Shown here one piece after another: positions 24,114-47,939 of a stretch of DNA of 52,577 bases (positions are counted from its first letter, which is position 1; the number at the start of each line of letters is the position of its first letter). This stretch comes from Salpingoeca rosetta (lineage: Eukaryota; Protista; Choanoflagellata). Below the pieces are notes generated by a model. It was not told the origin of the DNA. It was given only the letters and a program-made list of their open reading frames with translations, and made no database searches. The DNA lies in contig JAWQFM010000004.1 in assembly GCA_033442325.1 (NCBI GenBank), forward strand, positions 1,013,222 to 1,065,798. Direction: 5' to 3'. The translations under genes and the position numbers were made by a program.

Positions 24114-25490
24114 CGCTTGTTGTTTGGTGGGTCGTCCCACGCCCCTTGTCTCTTGGGCATGCTGATTGTCCGTTCTGATGTGCATGAAATGACAGGCGTG
24201 GCATCGGCAGCGGAGACGTGCAACACAAACAAACCTGCGTGCGCTTCTCAGATCTACACCTGGTGAGTTTCCTTTGATGAGGGGAGGGGGAGGAGATGCA
24301 GGACGAAGAAGGGTGTGATGGGCGCAGAATGCAACCACGTGTCATGTTTGCTTCATCAGCTGCTGTTTGCTTCCTTGCTCAAGAACAAAACACACGCATG
24401 CACAACACAGACAACAAACACACGCGCACACACACAAGCACACACGCACTCGCGAATGCACGCCAAATGCGCTCACGTGGCCGTTTTGCGTGTCCTTTGT
24501 TTGGTAGCCCCGGCCCTGGTGACACGTCCAACCTGGACACATGCTGCCAAATCACCTACGGCGATGATGACGACAACATCTTTGACTGCGACAATGTATG
24601 TCGCAGATATGACGGGAATGAGAGGGGAGGGTGTGAGAGATAGAAAGCGTGAACGAATGAAATGGACTGCACTTCAAGTGCACAGCACGTGCATTGAACA
24701 GTTGCCCACTCGCATCTCATTTGTTGGGTCATTGCGTACTTGTGCTTGTTCGGCTCCGGTTTTCTTTCCACAGGCGTGCTGTGATGGCGACTTGATCCGC
24801 AGCATCACGACCATCGTCGTGGCCGTTGTTGTGTCCGTCCTCGTCTGCTTCGTTGGTGGGTGTTTGGCGGGGGCGGGGGAGGGAAGACAGAGATGGAGGG
24901 GGGAGGCGAGTATGTAAGGGTGCTAGAAGGAGGCGACACAAGTTGAAGGAAGGAAGGAAGGAGGGCTGGTTGCAGACGCGCGTGCACATGCACGTGACAC
25001 ATGTGGATGTGAGGTATCGTGCCCAAGTCTTACGCCTGTGGTTTCTTTCTGTCCCACTTTCCTCTTCTTCGCTCCTTTCACCATCACGTGTGCAGGCATT
25101 CCCGTGTGCTACTGCTTCTGGGCCGGCGTTGCGTGCTTTGCTGCGTCCCGCAATGACCGGCACACGGTGACGACGACCACCACGACCAATGTCAACCCCG
25201 CGCAGACGGCCGCCACGCAAATGTCCTACACCCCTTCCCAGCACGGCTCATCTATGCCTCCACAGGGCTACCCACCACAGCAGCAGCATCAGCAGCAGGG
25301 CTACCCACCGCAGGGCTACCCGCCCCAGCAGCAGCCACAAGGGTACCCGCCACAGCAGGGCTATCCACCACAGCAGGGTTATCCTCCACAGCAAGGCTAT
25401 CCACCACAGCAGGGTTACCCGCCTCAGCAAGGGTACCCGCCACAGCAGATGCAGAAGCAGCAGCAGGCGCCACCTGCCTACCAGCCTTGA
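23835..25490 (+). CDS. Shisa-like single-pass membrane adaptor (Cys-rich ectodomain, TM, juxtamembrane Cys, GYPPQQ repeats, C-terminal PPxY), 5 exons
   Basis: Spliced: [20 protein letters not shown]|[22 protein letters not shown]|[30 protein letters not shown]|[27 protein letters not shown]|[15 protein letters not shown]...(QGYPPQ)n...APPAYQP*. All four intron phases match. Confidence 0.75.
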
Positions 25491-25963
25491 GGATGGTCGG
25501 CGTGACATGATGCACTTGCGTGTGCGGTTGTATGTGCGCTTGTGATTTGGAAATGCACGCCACGCTGGTTTCTTTCTGTCTTCGTTTCTTTTCAACAAGT
25601 TGTGTTGACGTAATGGGATAGAGTGCGTTGTGTGGAGTGTGCGTTGTGTGTGCACACGTGTGTGCGCCTGGTTTCTAAACCTTCTTAACATGGTGGATGG
25701 ATGGATGATGGATGGATGGTGGATGGAGGTGGGCAAGCAAACCACGGAAGAACAAAGACGACAAGCAAAGCAAGGCAACAAGCACGACACAAGCGCGGGC
25801 CGTACACGACAGCATGAGATGTGGTTGAATTTTCCAGCTGGCGGCAGCGTGGTGCTGATTGTGCACAGTCTCAATCAACGCACACACACCACACCCATTT
25901 GCATCGTGCACGCTTGTTTTCAACCACACACAACACAACACAACACAACAGTTGACGGTGACC

Positions 25964-34526
<8,563 letters not shown>

Positions 34527-34956
34527 GTGTTGCGTTGCGTCTGTGCATTTCAAACGGGGGCGTGTGCTGTTGTGCCTGTGTCGTTCTCTGCTGTGCTCGT
34601 GTAGTGTTGTGTTGTGTAGTGTTGTGTTGTGCTTGAGTTCCTTGCATTGCTTTGTTCGCTTGCATTGCTTTGTTCACTTGTCGTTTGGAGTGCGAGTTGT
34701 GGTTTGCCCCGTCTGCTGACTTCCCGTGTTGATTTTTTTTTCCTGTCCCACACTGGTTTGCTTGCCGTGTCCGTGCGCTTTCGTATTCGTTGATTGTGTA
34801 TGGCTTGTTTCCCACATGAAGACCCACAATCAGCAGCAATGCAATGTCGATTACGAATGGATGGATGGGAGAGGGGCAAAGTATGAGCAGATGTTGTTGC
34901 CGCAGGGCAGAGGAACCCAGGCTGTGTGTGTGTGTGTGTGTGTGTGTGTGTTGTGT

Positions 34957-35017
<61 letters not shown>

Positions 35018-35049
35018 GTGCGTGCAGTTGTGGGATGAAAGCTGTCAGT

Positions 35050-35674
35050 TCAAAAGTCGTGCTGGGGTGGCGGGCGGTAGGTGGGTGGTCGGGTGTGTGT
35101 GCGATAGCGCAGGTTGCGGCTGTGCTCGCTTGTTGGCAGGGAGGTGTTTGAGGGCTTTGACACGGTGCTCAGGCGAGGAGGCACCACCTCCTCCTCTTCG
35201 CTGTTGGCCAGCCTGAGGGTGGGTGCCAAGGTGGACAGCAGGTGGACACAGTGAGCGTGTGTGGCTTGCGGCGGTTTTGTGGTCACAAAATGTGACTGGC
35301 AAAGAAGACACGACAAGAAAGCAAGAAGGAAGGCCGATTCACGCACCATGCAGCGGCGATGGTGTTGTCGTCCGAGATGACGCGCAGCGTGTGCGCACGA
35401 TTCCTCCGCAGCATGTTCTTCACAAGGCGATGCCTGAGAAACGGAGGGAAAGGGGTGACGTGACGAGGGAGGGAGTGAGGGTTGAGTAAATCAGGTATTT
35501 GGTGCTTGCAGGCAAGCAAAGGGAGCGCGTCAAGTGGTGGAGGAGGGGGATGGAGAAGCAAGATGTTTTGTGCTACACGGTTGTGTGGTCAGAGGCTTGG
35601 GACGAGGCAAAGCTGAGCTCGAACAAAAAAAAAGCATACACACATACACACATACACACATACACACACATACA

Positions 35675-35721
<47 letters not shown>

Positions 35722-36059
35722 GCACATCTGCTGTTCGATGGCTTCGTCGCTGCTTCTGGCAAAGTAGTGGATGATGAAGATGAGGGCAAACGGAAAGAAG
35801 ATAAAGGCGGCAATGACGGACGCCGGGATGATCGTCTCGTTGAAGTCGTCCTTCGTGCGTGCCCACGTCCTCATCTCCACTGTGGCCAGCACCCGGGAGC
35901 GGCTGTGCGACAGGAATGGGGGTTAGGAAGGAGGGAGAGGGGGTGAGTGGAAGGTGCTTAATGAAAAGGGAGCAAGTATGTAAAGGAAAGGCGAGTAGTG
36001 GACGTAAGCATGCCTCAGCACGCACGTACAATGAATACGATGATGAGAGGGTGGCTTTG

Positions 36060-36157
<98 letters not shown>

Positions 36158-37295
36158 CGCACTCGATGGTTGCGTTGGTGGAGATGGGAAAGGGCGTGCA
36201 GAGGTCAAAGTCAAGCTGAAGCCCTTGCGCTGCAAACAACGACCCGGCTGTTGCCTCCAATTCCGCACACGTCAACTGAGAATCACTCAGTTTGCTCCCC
36301 AGCGTCAGCCACGCCGTGCTGCGGGCGAAAAGCATGGTGCAAGTAGATCAGACGCGTGAGGGTGTGGGTGAGGGTGAGGGTGAGGCCGAGGCTGAGGTTA
36401 AGAGCCATAAACCCATTTTGCATGCTTGCAAGCAAGCGAGCAGCAGTGGTTGAGGGAAATGACAAGTAGTCAAGCACGAACAACACACGCAGGCACGCAC
36501 CCGTTGATGTAGGCGTTGTTGACGGGAAGCGGTGGGTTGGAGGTCATAGGGTTAATGTTGCGGCGATCCGTCTCAAAGGGGGCAACGCTTCTGACAAACA
36601 AGACCCCGGATCCAACTTGCCCCGTGTCTGCCGACAGCCGTGCACGTGTGATGCCAACCGCCGTCTCCAGATCATCGTATCTGTCCCCGACCAGCTGTGT
36701 CTCATTAGCATTTGTCGCATGCACCTCAAACGCCACCCGAGGCAGGCCTGCGAAGGAGAAGAAATGCGTGAATGAGAGGGTGAATGACGGTGTGAGTGTG
36801 TGTGTGTGTGTGTGTGCGTGTGTGTGTGTGTATGTGAGTGTGTGCGTGGAAGAGTCGAGACAACACTTTAGCAGCCCTGCTGACGATCACGCAACAAAGC
36901 AGAGAAACACACGCAGGCACACACCCATACAGCTAAACAAGCACACACAGCGCACCCTGTGTTCTGTCAACCATGAGGTTGAGGGTGCGGGTGACGGGCT
37001 GGTCGTTGATGCGGAGGAGGATGGCGGCCGAAAACCTGTCGCCCGCAATGTCGTCGGGAACTTGGCCGTAGATGATGGGCAGGAGATTGACCCGCAGCCA
37101 CGCTGGCGGTGCTGGGTTGCCGGTGAGGGTCGCAATCGCTTCCACGCTAGCTGCAGCGCCAAACTGAAGCGAGAGATCTGCCCGAAACAGCCGTCCAGGA
37201 TACACCGTCACGTCCACATCCTGCGCCACCGCGCCCAGGGCGAGGAGGCTCAACACCAGGCAGCAAGCAATAACAGGCGCAACACCCATCATCAT
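35050..37295 (-). CDS. Alpha/epsilon-sarcoglycan-like type I membrane protein (dystroglycan-type cadherin-like CADG domain), 6 exons
   Basis: Signal peptide, then VYPGRLFRADL..ATLTGNPAPPAWLR..IYGQVPDD..RTLNLMVD|GLPRVAFEV..PLPVNNAYING|TAWLTLGS..LQLDFDLC|KDDFNETIIPASVIAAFIFFPFALIFII (TM)|HRLVKNMLRRNRAHTLR|EVVPPRLSTV..RPPTYRPPP. The order matches recalled alpha-sarcoglycan motifs (GRVF, LQGHPDLPRWLR, LYGS, PLP..GVYIKVGS, VDWC, RDF, VPRPLSTL). All five intron phases are consistent. Confidence 0.78.
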
Positions 37296-37447
37296 CGTGA
37301 AGGTGAACAGCCAGCAAGGAAACAATGGCTTTTGGCTGATTGTGCTTCCGTTGGCGGCTGTTGGTCAGCCTTTGGCTAGAAAATCGATGCAAATCATACA
37401 TTAATTCTCCACAATGACGATGATGGTTGATGGTGGTGTGGTTGACG

Positions 37448-37468
37448 CTCGCTCGCTGAGCGAGCGAG
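37448..37468. promoter_or_regulatory. Perfect inverted repeat CTCGCTCGCT-G-AGCGAGCGAG in a divergent intergenic region
   Basis: 10-bp arms with a 1-nt spacer, between two head-to-head start codons (37295 and 37771). Function is inferred only. Confidence 0.4.
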
Positions 37469-37770
37469 GTTGCCGCCTCCCTTCTTTGACGGAATGCTCT
37501 GCGATTCACCACCGCGACTCTCATCACACACATCGCGATGATGATGTGTGGCTGTTGTGTGTGTGTGTGTGTGATTGTCCAGTGTGACATCACGAAAGCA
37601 CCACAGCAGACACGCCACAGCACCAGGGTGTGGTTATGCAACACGTTCGCGTAACTCAGCACGCACACCACGCAGCAGGCAGGGCTTTTGCCCCCTGTGT
37701 GCATTTTCAACAGTGCAGTCACAGGTACACGCCGACCCACCCACCTACACGACACACACACACGCACGCC

Positions 37771-39063
37771 ATGGGAGGAAGTGCGCTGAAGGAGGTGGAG
37801 ACACGCAGGCGTGGGCGAAAGGAGTACGGGCGCATCAAGGAGCATGTGCTGAGCCGAGTGAAGCCACACGTACAGGATGCCCGCGTGGTGCGCGAGCTGC
37901 CAGAGAAGGAGTCCTTTGGCGACCTCGACGTGCTGCTTGTGCCCCGCATGGAGGACCGCCCGCACAGCACCCGGGCGTGGCGCGACCTGATCCGCCGTGT
38001 GTTTGCGCCGCAGGAGGTTGTCTCCAACGGCTACGTGCACTCGTTTGACGTGGACGCGTTCCAGATTGACTTTATTGTGATGGAGAGCGAGGCCGCGCTG
38101 GAGATGGCCGACTTCTACTTTGCGTACGCGGACGTGGGCGGGCTGCTGGGCCGCATCATGGCCGCCAACGGGCTCAAGTACGGCCACGCAGGCCTGTGGC
38201 TCGACCTCCTCCACTGCACCGTCGACACGGCTGCGCCCCTCGACATGACGCACCGCCTCGGCCGCATCACGCTCACTCAGGACCCGCGCGCTGTCTGCGA
38301 GTTCCTGGGCATGAGCCACGACGCCTTCCAGCACGGCTTTGCCACCAACGCAGACATCATCGCCTGGGTCAAGACATGCCGCTTCTTCAACCCAGCAGAC
38401 TTTGCCACCCTCAACCACCGCCACCGCCACCGCGCACGCACCCGTCCATTCTACCTCGCATTCATCCAGTCCCTTCACAGCAACTTCGAGGACGTGCAGG
38501 AGGGCGAGGAGGAGGTGGAAGAGACGGAGAAGGTGGAAGAAGAGGGGGAGCGCATGGTTGAGGAGGGCGTGAAGGACAAGCGTGTGCGCGAGGAAGAGAA
38601 GGACAAGAGCGCCTGTGATGCAGGGGTGATGTACATGCGGCAGTGTGTGAGCGCCAAGGCAAGCGAGGTGACGGTGAACCGCCAGCATGAGGCCATTGCG
38701 TACTTTGGCAAGCAAGCGGAGGTGGACGCCATCGTGCAGCAGCGGCACCGACGCGTTGCGCTCAAGGCCAAGTTTTCGGGCAAGCTGTTTGCGCAGCAAG
38801 GCGTGCCCAGGCGGGAGATTGGGCGCATCATCACCGCTTTCCAGCGCCACATCGTCAAGAAGGAGCGGCTACTCGCAGTGCGGGAGGATGGCGTCAACAA
38901 CGGTGGCGGTGGTGGTGGTGGTGGTGGTGGTGGTGGTGGTGGTGATGGAAACGCTGGGGAAGAGGATGCTGAGCAAGTTCAGAGGGTGTTTGAGGAGTTT
39001 GTGTTGGGGTGTGAACGCGAGGAGGTGCAGAGGATGGTGCGCGAGTTCTTGTCGCTGGTGTGA
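37771..39063 (+). CDS. Intronless Pol-beta/PolX-like nucleotidyltransferase (430 aa) of the MGGxAL..KxxFGDxD family
   Basis: MGGSALK; KESFGDLDVLL (GDLD at 37918-37929); third Asp in FQIDFI (38068-38070); FYFAYADVGGLLGRI; GLKYGHAGLW; VCEFLGM; RPFYLAF. Single exon with strong coding-like codon use. Confidence 0.75.
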   Translation: MGGSALKEVETRRRGRKEYGRIKEHVLSRVKPHVQDARVVRELPEKESFGDLDVLLVPRMEDRPHSTRAWRDLIRRVFAPQEVVSNGYVHSFDVDAFQIDFIVMESEAALEMADFYFAYADVGGLLGRIMAANGLKYGHAGLWLDLLHCTVDTAAPLDMTHRLGRITLTQDPRAVCEFLGMSHDAFQHGFATNADIIAWVKTCRFFNPADFATLNHRHRHRARTRPFYLAFIQSLHSNFEDVQEGEEEVEETEKVEEEGERMVEEGVKDKRVREEEKDKSACDAGVMYMRQCVSAKASEVTVNRQHEAIAYFGKQAEVDAIVQQRHRRVALKAKFSGKLFAQQGVPRREIGRIITAFQRHIVKKERLLAVREDGVNNGGGGGGGGGGGGGGDGNAGEEDAEQVQRVFEEFVLGCEREEVQRMVREFLSLV

Positions 39064-39108
39064 TGTGAGGTGGGGTGAGGTGTGAGGTGAGGTGGGGTGA
39101 GGTGGTGG

Positions 39109-39400
<292 letters not shown>

Positions 39401-39673
39401 ATTGCATGCTGTGGGTGGGGTGATGTGATGCGACTCGAACCTGTAAACAAAACGGAGTGTCAACACAAGAAGCAAGCAACAAGTGAAGCATGTGTGGGAG
39501 AAAGTGTCGCAAGTGCTGAAATGCGGAGTCACATCGTGACCATGGTACATTTGTTGAAATGACGACGATATTTCTTTCGATGGCAAGCCCCACCCGCACT
39601 TTCCGCTGCAAGAAAATCCAAACAAGGACAGCAGAGCGCTGGCGCCGTCATGCACCAGCCGCCACCAGAGGAT

Positions 39674-43163
<3,490 letters not shown>

Positions 43164-43790
43164 AACGTGTGTGTGTGTGTGTGTGTGTGTTTGTTTGCTT
43201 ATGTGTGTTTGTGTGCTTGTTTGCTATTGTGCTTGTTTGTGTGCGTGTGTGTGTGTGTGTGTTTGGTTGTTTGTCTGTGTGCGTGTGTGTGTTGTTGTTG
43301 AAGTCTGCCTACGCGTGCACCCAATCATTGGCTTTTCGTTTCAAGCCTTGTCTGCCTCACTTGAGGCTCCTCAATTGAGCTTGTCTTGCCGTCTGCTGTC
43401 TTCCTACGTGTGCGTTTGACCCTACCATTCATCATCGTTTCCATACCCGGGGCTTGTGTGCCTTACTGACTGGTGTTGCCTCCTGCCCATGCGTGCGTTG
43501 TTTGTTCCTCCCATACATCATTGCACACTCGTGTCAACACAATGCAAGCAGCGCAAGCAAGTGGAGAACAAGAAGCAGAAGCAGCAAGCAAACCAGGCTG
43601 GCCGAGCTTGCTCGCGCATGGTGACAGACGATGACTGCGTCGAAATGACTCCGCCACAGGTGACTCGGCATGGAAAAAGTGGAGGGCTGTTGCTGTTGCT
43701 GCTCGACGGTGTTGATGTTTGCCATTCTATCTGTGCAGCTGCTTGCTTCGTCGCTCGTTGCTGGGCTTGTGCCACGGTGGAAGGGCCAAG

Positions 43791-45031
43791 ATGGGTGCGC
43801 CATCTCTTCCACCGGCGCTGCGTTCACAGATGTCGTTTGTGGACTGTGGAGAGCTTGGAATGATCGCATCTGCGATGACACCAGAAGCTCACCACGGCCT
43901 TCTATCGCATGTAAGCTCAAGCAGCCGTTGCCGTGTGAAAAAGTAGCACTCGACAAGGTTGTTGTGTTGTGTGTTGCACTCGTCACAAGCCATCATGTGT
44001 GTGTGTGAGCGAGAGAGAGAGAGACAGAGACGGAGATCGCTGATTGAAAGGATGCAGGGGCGATATTCAGTTGATGCCAAGTCGAAGAGGAGACACTGGT
44101 GTTTGGACGTCGCTTTCCTCCTCACTTCACTCACGCGCCCCAATGTCACGTTCCCCAATCAATCCTCAACAGTTTCTGCATGCAGCAGGTGGAATCACTG
44201 GTGCCAAGGCCACTAGCCTTGCTCCGTTTGGACACCGCATCAGTCGCATTGCGGTGCGCCAACCCACGCAAACGCAGCAGTCCAAGTTTGCAGACGCCGA
44301 GGCGATTGCAGCATCTCGACAGTGCCAACCTGAGCATCAGCCGCACCTGACCGATCACCAACGCGCAACACTGTTGCGGGTCACAACGGGTAACCACTAC
44401 GGGCTCCTCGACACCCCAAACACCCACTGGCTGCGCCAACACCCCGAACACCCCCAGGTCCGAACGCAGCGCGTCTTCCACGGCGTCCGCTCCTTTGATG
44501 CGTTGGAGAGCATTCTTTGCAACGGTTTCGCCAAGTTGCACAAAACAGACCCAGGCTGGCATGGTGCCGGCTTCTACTTCACACCAGACCTGGACTATTC
44601 ATGCGCGTATTCACAACCATGTAGCGGCAAACACATACCCGAAGCCCTGCACTGCCTCAACTTGGATCCAAACAAGAGCTATTCCATCGTGCTGGCATGT
44701 GATGTCGTCTACAGCAACCCCTATCCAGTCGTGGACGAGCGGCACAGAGGAGAGTCGCTGCAACAAGGGCATGATGCGCACGTGGCGGTTGTGGACTTCA
44801 GCAGACGTGACATTTCGAGTGCCAGCCCCTTTGCTTCCCACGAGGAGTGGGATCACCCGGGCAACACTGCCGTGGCAGAGATTGTCTTGAACGATGCCAG
44901 CTGCGCCCGTGTCATTGGGCTTCTTGTGTTTGAAGCACAACTGCGGCGTGACGTCGTTGTCTGCCATGGGTAAGTCGTGTCTGTGTGTGTCTGTGTGTGT
45001 CTGTATGTCTGTGTGTGTACGTGTGTGTGTA

Positions 45032-45072
<41 letters not shown>

Positions 45073-45996
45073 TGGAGGGGGAGACGTCTGCACATGTGTG
45101 ATATGTGTGCATGCATGCATGTGTGTGTGTGTGTGTGTGTGTATCTGTTGGACATCACGTGCGGTGCACCGCGGGCTGCGCGTTGTAGCTCGTATGTTTC
45201 ACCTTGACTCACAAAGATGAAATGTGTTTTGACTGCACTTTGGCGTTCCGGTGGTCTTCTTGTCATCCTCACAGCGGCTTGATGGTCACTCTTCGAGAGT
45301 ACCTGAGCCCGGCCGTCAAAATGGCTAGCTTCACGGGCAGCCTCAACAGCCTTGATCGCTCTGGAAAACACCTCCTGATGGAGAGCATTACAAGATCACT
45401 TGTTGCTTGCCCAGTGTTGAGTGCACCAGCTCTCGCCCACCTGGGGGCATTTGATCACGAGAACACCTGCCACGCTGTGCTCCTGATGTGGATGTTGATG
45501 CTTGAGCTGTATGAGCGTCGGCGGAACCAGCCAGAGCTCATCCGCCTTCGCTGCATCGTGCCATTCCTCCTTGGCAGCTCCTGGGACGTGTACCCTGAGA
45601 GCAACATGAGCAGGGAAACAGCTCGTGAGTACGACTCAGTTGACGCGATGCGGAGGCTGGCAGCAGTGGCTCTGCCAAGCGTGGTGAGCAAGAAAACGGC
45701 TGAGGTGCTGGACGAGTTCATCACAAAAGTGCTTCACTTGCCCGCACCAGAGCAGCACAAGACCGTGCAAGGAGTAGTGCAGGCGATCTTGCACTCTGAT
45801 CGCCTCGTTGAAGACTTTGCCCATCACCACGAGACCAGAAGAGAACAGTTGATGTACCTGACACGCATGCTTGAAGCGGAGGTCCACAGGGTGAACGCAG
45901 GCATCGAGAACGAACAAGCCAAGCTCCGCAACCAAGTCAAGGCCCAGCTTGTGCGTCGAACCATGTCGGAAGAGGAAGAGGAAGGCAATGTGCGCG

Positions 45997-46077
<81 letters not shown>

Positions 46078-46991
46078 TTGGGGTGTGGTTATGTTCTTGC
46101 TGTGAAAGCGTGAGAGTGGCATCGGCTCATACTGTATTGACTCAACACGCACACACGCGTATTGGCACGTACGCGCGTGCGCACAATGATGATGGCTTGC
46201 TGTTGTTGTTCTTGTTGTTGTGCTTGCTAGGCGTCCGGGAGCTCTGGAAGTGGGAGCTCTGGAAATGGATCCGCTGCTGCGGGCAGCGTCAGCTCTGTGG
46301 TATGAACGTGACTGGCATTTATTTCATGTAATGATTCACAGTACTCGCGTTGTTTCAGGATCCGTGCACCGTCGGCCCCCTTTGCATTCTCTCATCAACT
46401 TGTATGCGGGCATACTTGCCTTGACAGGTGGCTCAAGAAGACGACAGCGATGATGATGATGATGATGATGATGATGACGACGACGACGAAGAAGAAGAAG
46501 CAGAAGACGACGACGACGACGATGCTGGCAACAACAGTGGCGTATTCGAGGATGAAAGAGTGCGTGTGTAAGCTCAAGTTTTGCTTGTACAACACCTTGC
46601 AACGCCCACAAACCTACGAATGCAACAATGCGAGCAAGTGGACTCACGTGCGAACGTGTCTGTTGATACATCATGACAGCCCAGTGTTTCGCCGATGCTT
46701 GAACCCGTGTCCCCCGTCGCTGCATCTCCTTTGTTCAATATTCAGGTATGTCAACATGAATGAGGGTGATGTGGATCCCAGCTACCCAACTGCAGGGGTT
46801 TCTCGCTTTCCATACTGCCGTCCACACGTTCGCCTACCCGAAGACACACACTCATGCACTCACACTCACGCACTCACGCACGCTCACGCACCCACGCACC
46901 CACACACGCACACGAACATGCACACTCACGCGCACGCACATATCACCACACACACACACACGCTCACGCACCCACGCACGCACACGAACAT

Positions 46992-47083
<92 letters not shown>

Positions 47084-47511
47084 ACATGCACGCTCACGCG
47101 CACGAACATGCACACTCACCCGCACGCACATATCACCACACACGCTTTCTCTCTCTCATGCCCCATGCTGGCGTTGCCTTTGGTATTTGACAGCCTGACC
47201 TTCGCGACTGGCTGCAGAGCAAAGGGCTTCAAGAATTGACCTCGGCCTTGGCATCCCTGGGGATCGTTGAACTCGTGGATCTGCTGGAGCTGGTCCGTGA
47301 CAACGAGCTGTCAGTCACTCGACTGGAAGCGCGCAACGTCCAAATCGGGACCGCCAACAAGCTGCTGCGAGAGGCCCGAGGGACACTGGCCAAAGAGACT
47401 GCGACGCTCTCGATGCCGTGGTATTCAATCCTCTCGTCTCCACTCATCGTAGCTGGGGCTGGAGCAGTTGGTGCTCTGCTTGCGGCCTTGCTGATCAGCT
47501 TCCTGTCATGA
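43791..47511 (+). CDS. Second PARP-like ART (H-Y-E) probably spliced to a helical domain, acidic tract, SAM-like domain and C-terminal TM anchor; 5' end uncertain
   Basis: Exons 43791-43910, 44173-44969 (RVFHG, GWHGAGFYFTPDLDYSCAY, VAEIVL), 45275-45989, 46428-46559 (poly-D/E) and 47194-47511 (PDLRDWLQSKGLQELTSALASLGIVELVDLLEL..IGTANKLLREA..LIVAGAGAVGALLAALLISFLS*). The phases join in frame. Alternatively the ART ends at TAA 44971-44973 and the rest is a separate gene. Confidence 0.6.
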
Positions 47512-47939
47512 CTGACATCCAGCCCACGAGTTGCCCACACGCCGATGTGCTCATTGCACGGCTGGATACCTGCTGCCGCCTTTGTCATCAACAGGATCTT
47601 ACGCTGCTGCTCGTCCGTGCGACATGCTTTCTGCTTTCTTTCACCTTACTGGCTGGCTTGCTTGTGTCGGAAGCCTGGTGATTGGTCTATTTTTTTGTGA
47701 TAGATGAGCAAGTGTCACAACTTGGAACATGCCTTACAACATGATGTCTTACAATTGCGTCGCACTCCTGTTAATTCGAGTGCCAACGACGTAGCATAAA
47801 CGGAGGCATTGCAACCACGGTGCACGATTGTTTAAGGTGCACATACATTTGCACACATGAAGTAAAACAAACACACACACGTACAAATGCGCACGCACAC
47901 ACAGACACACACACACATCCCCTACTCTCTCGTTCTAAC

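Noticed and set aside
37771-39063. Calling the NTase cGAS/OAS/CD-NTase
   Set aside because: It lacks the hGS-x(9-13)-DxD spacing and the Mab-21/OAS C-terminal features; the motifs fit a PolX-like fold better.
46746-46797. Extra exon YVNMNEGDVDPSYPTAG in the ART-SAM gene
   Set aside because: It needs a phase-2 upstream donor, but the acidic exon ends in phase 0; omitted pending transcript data.
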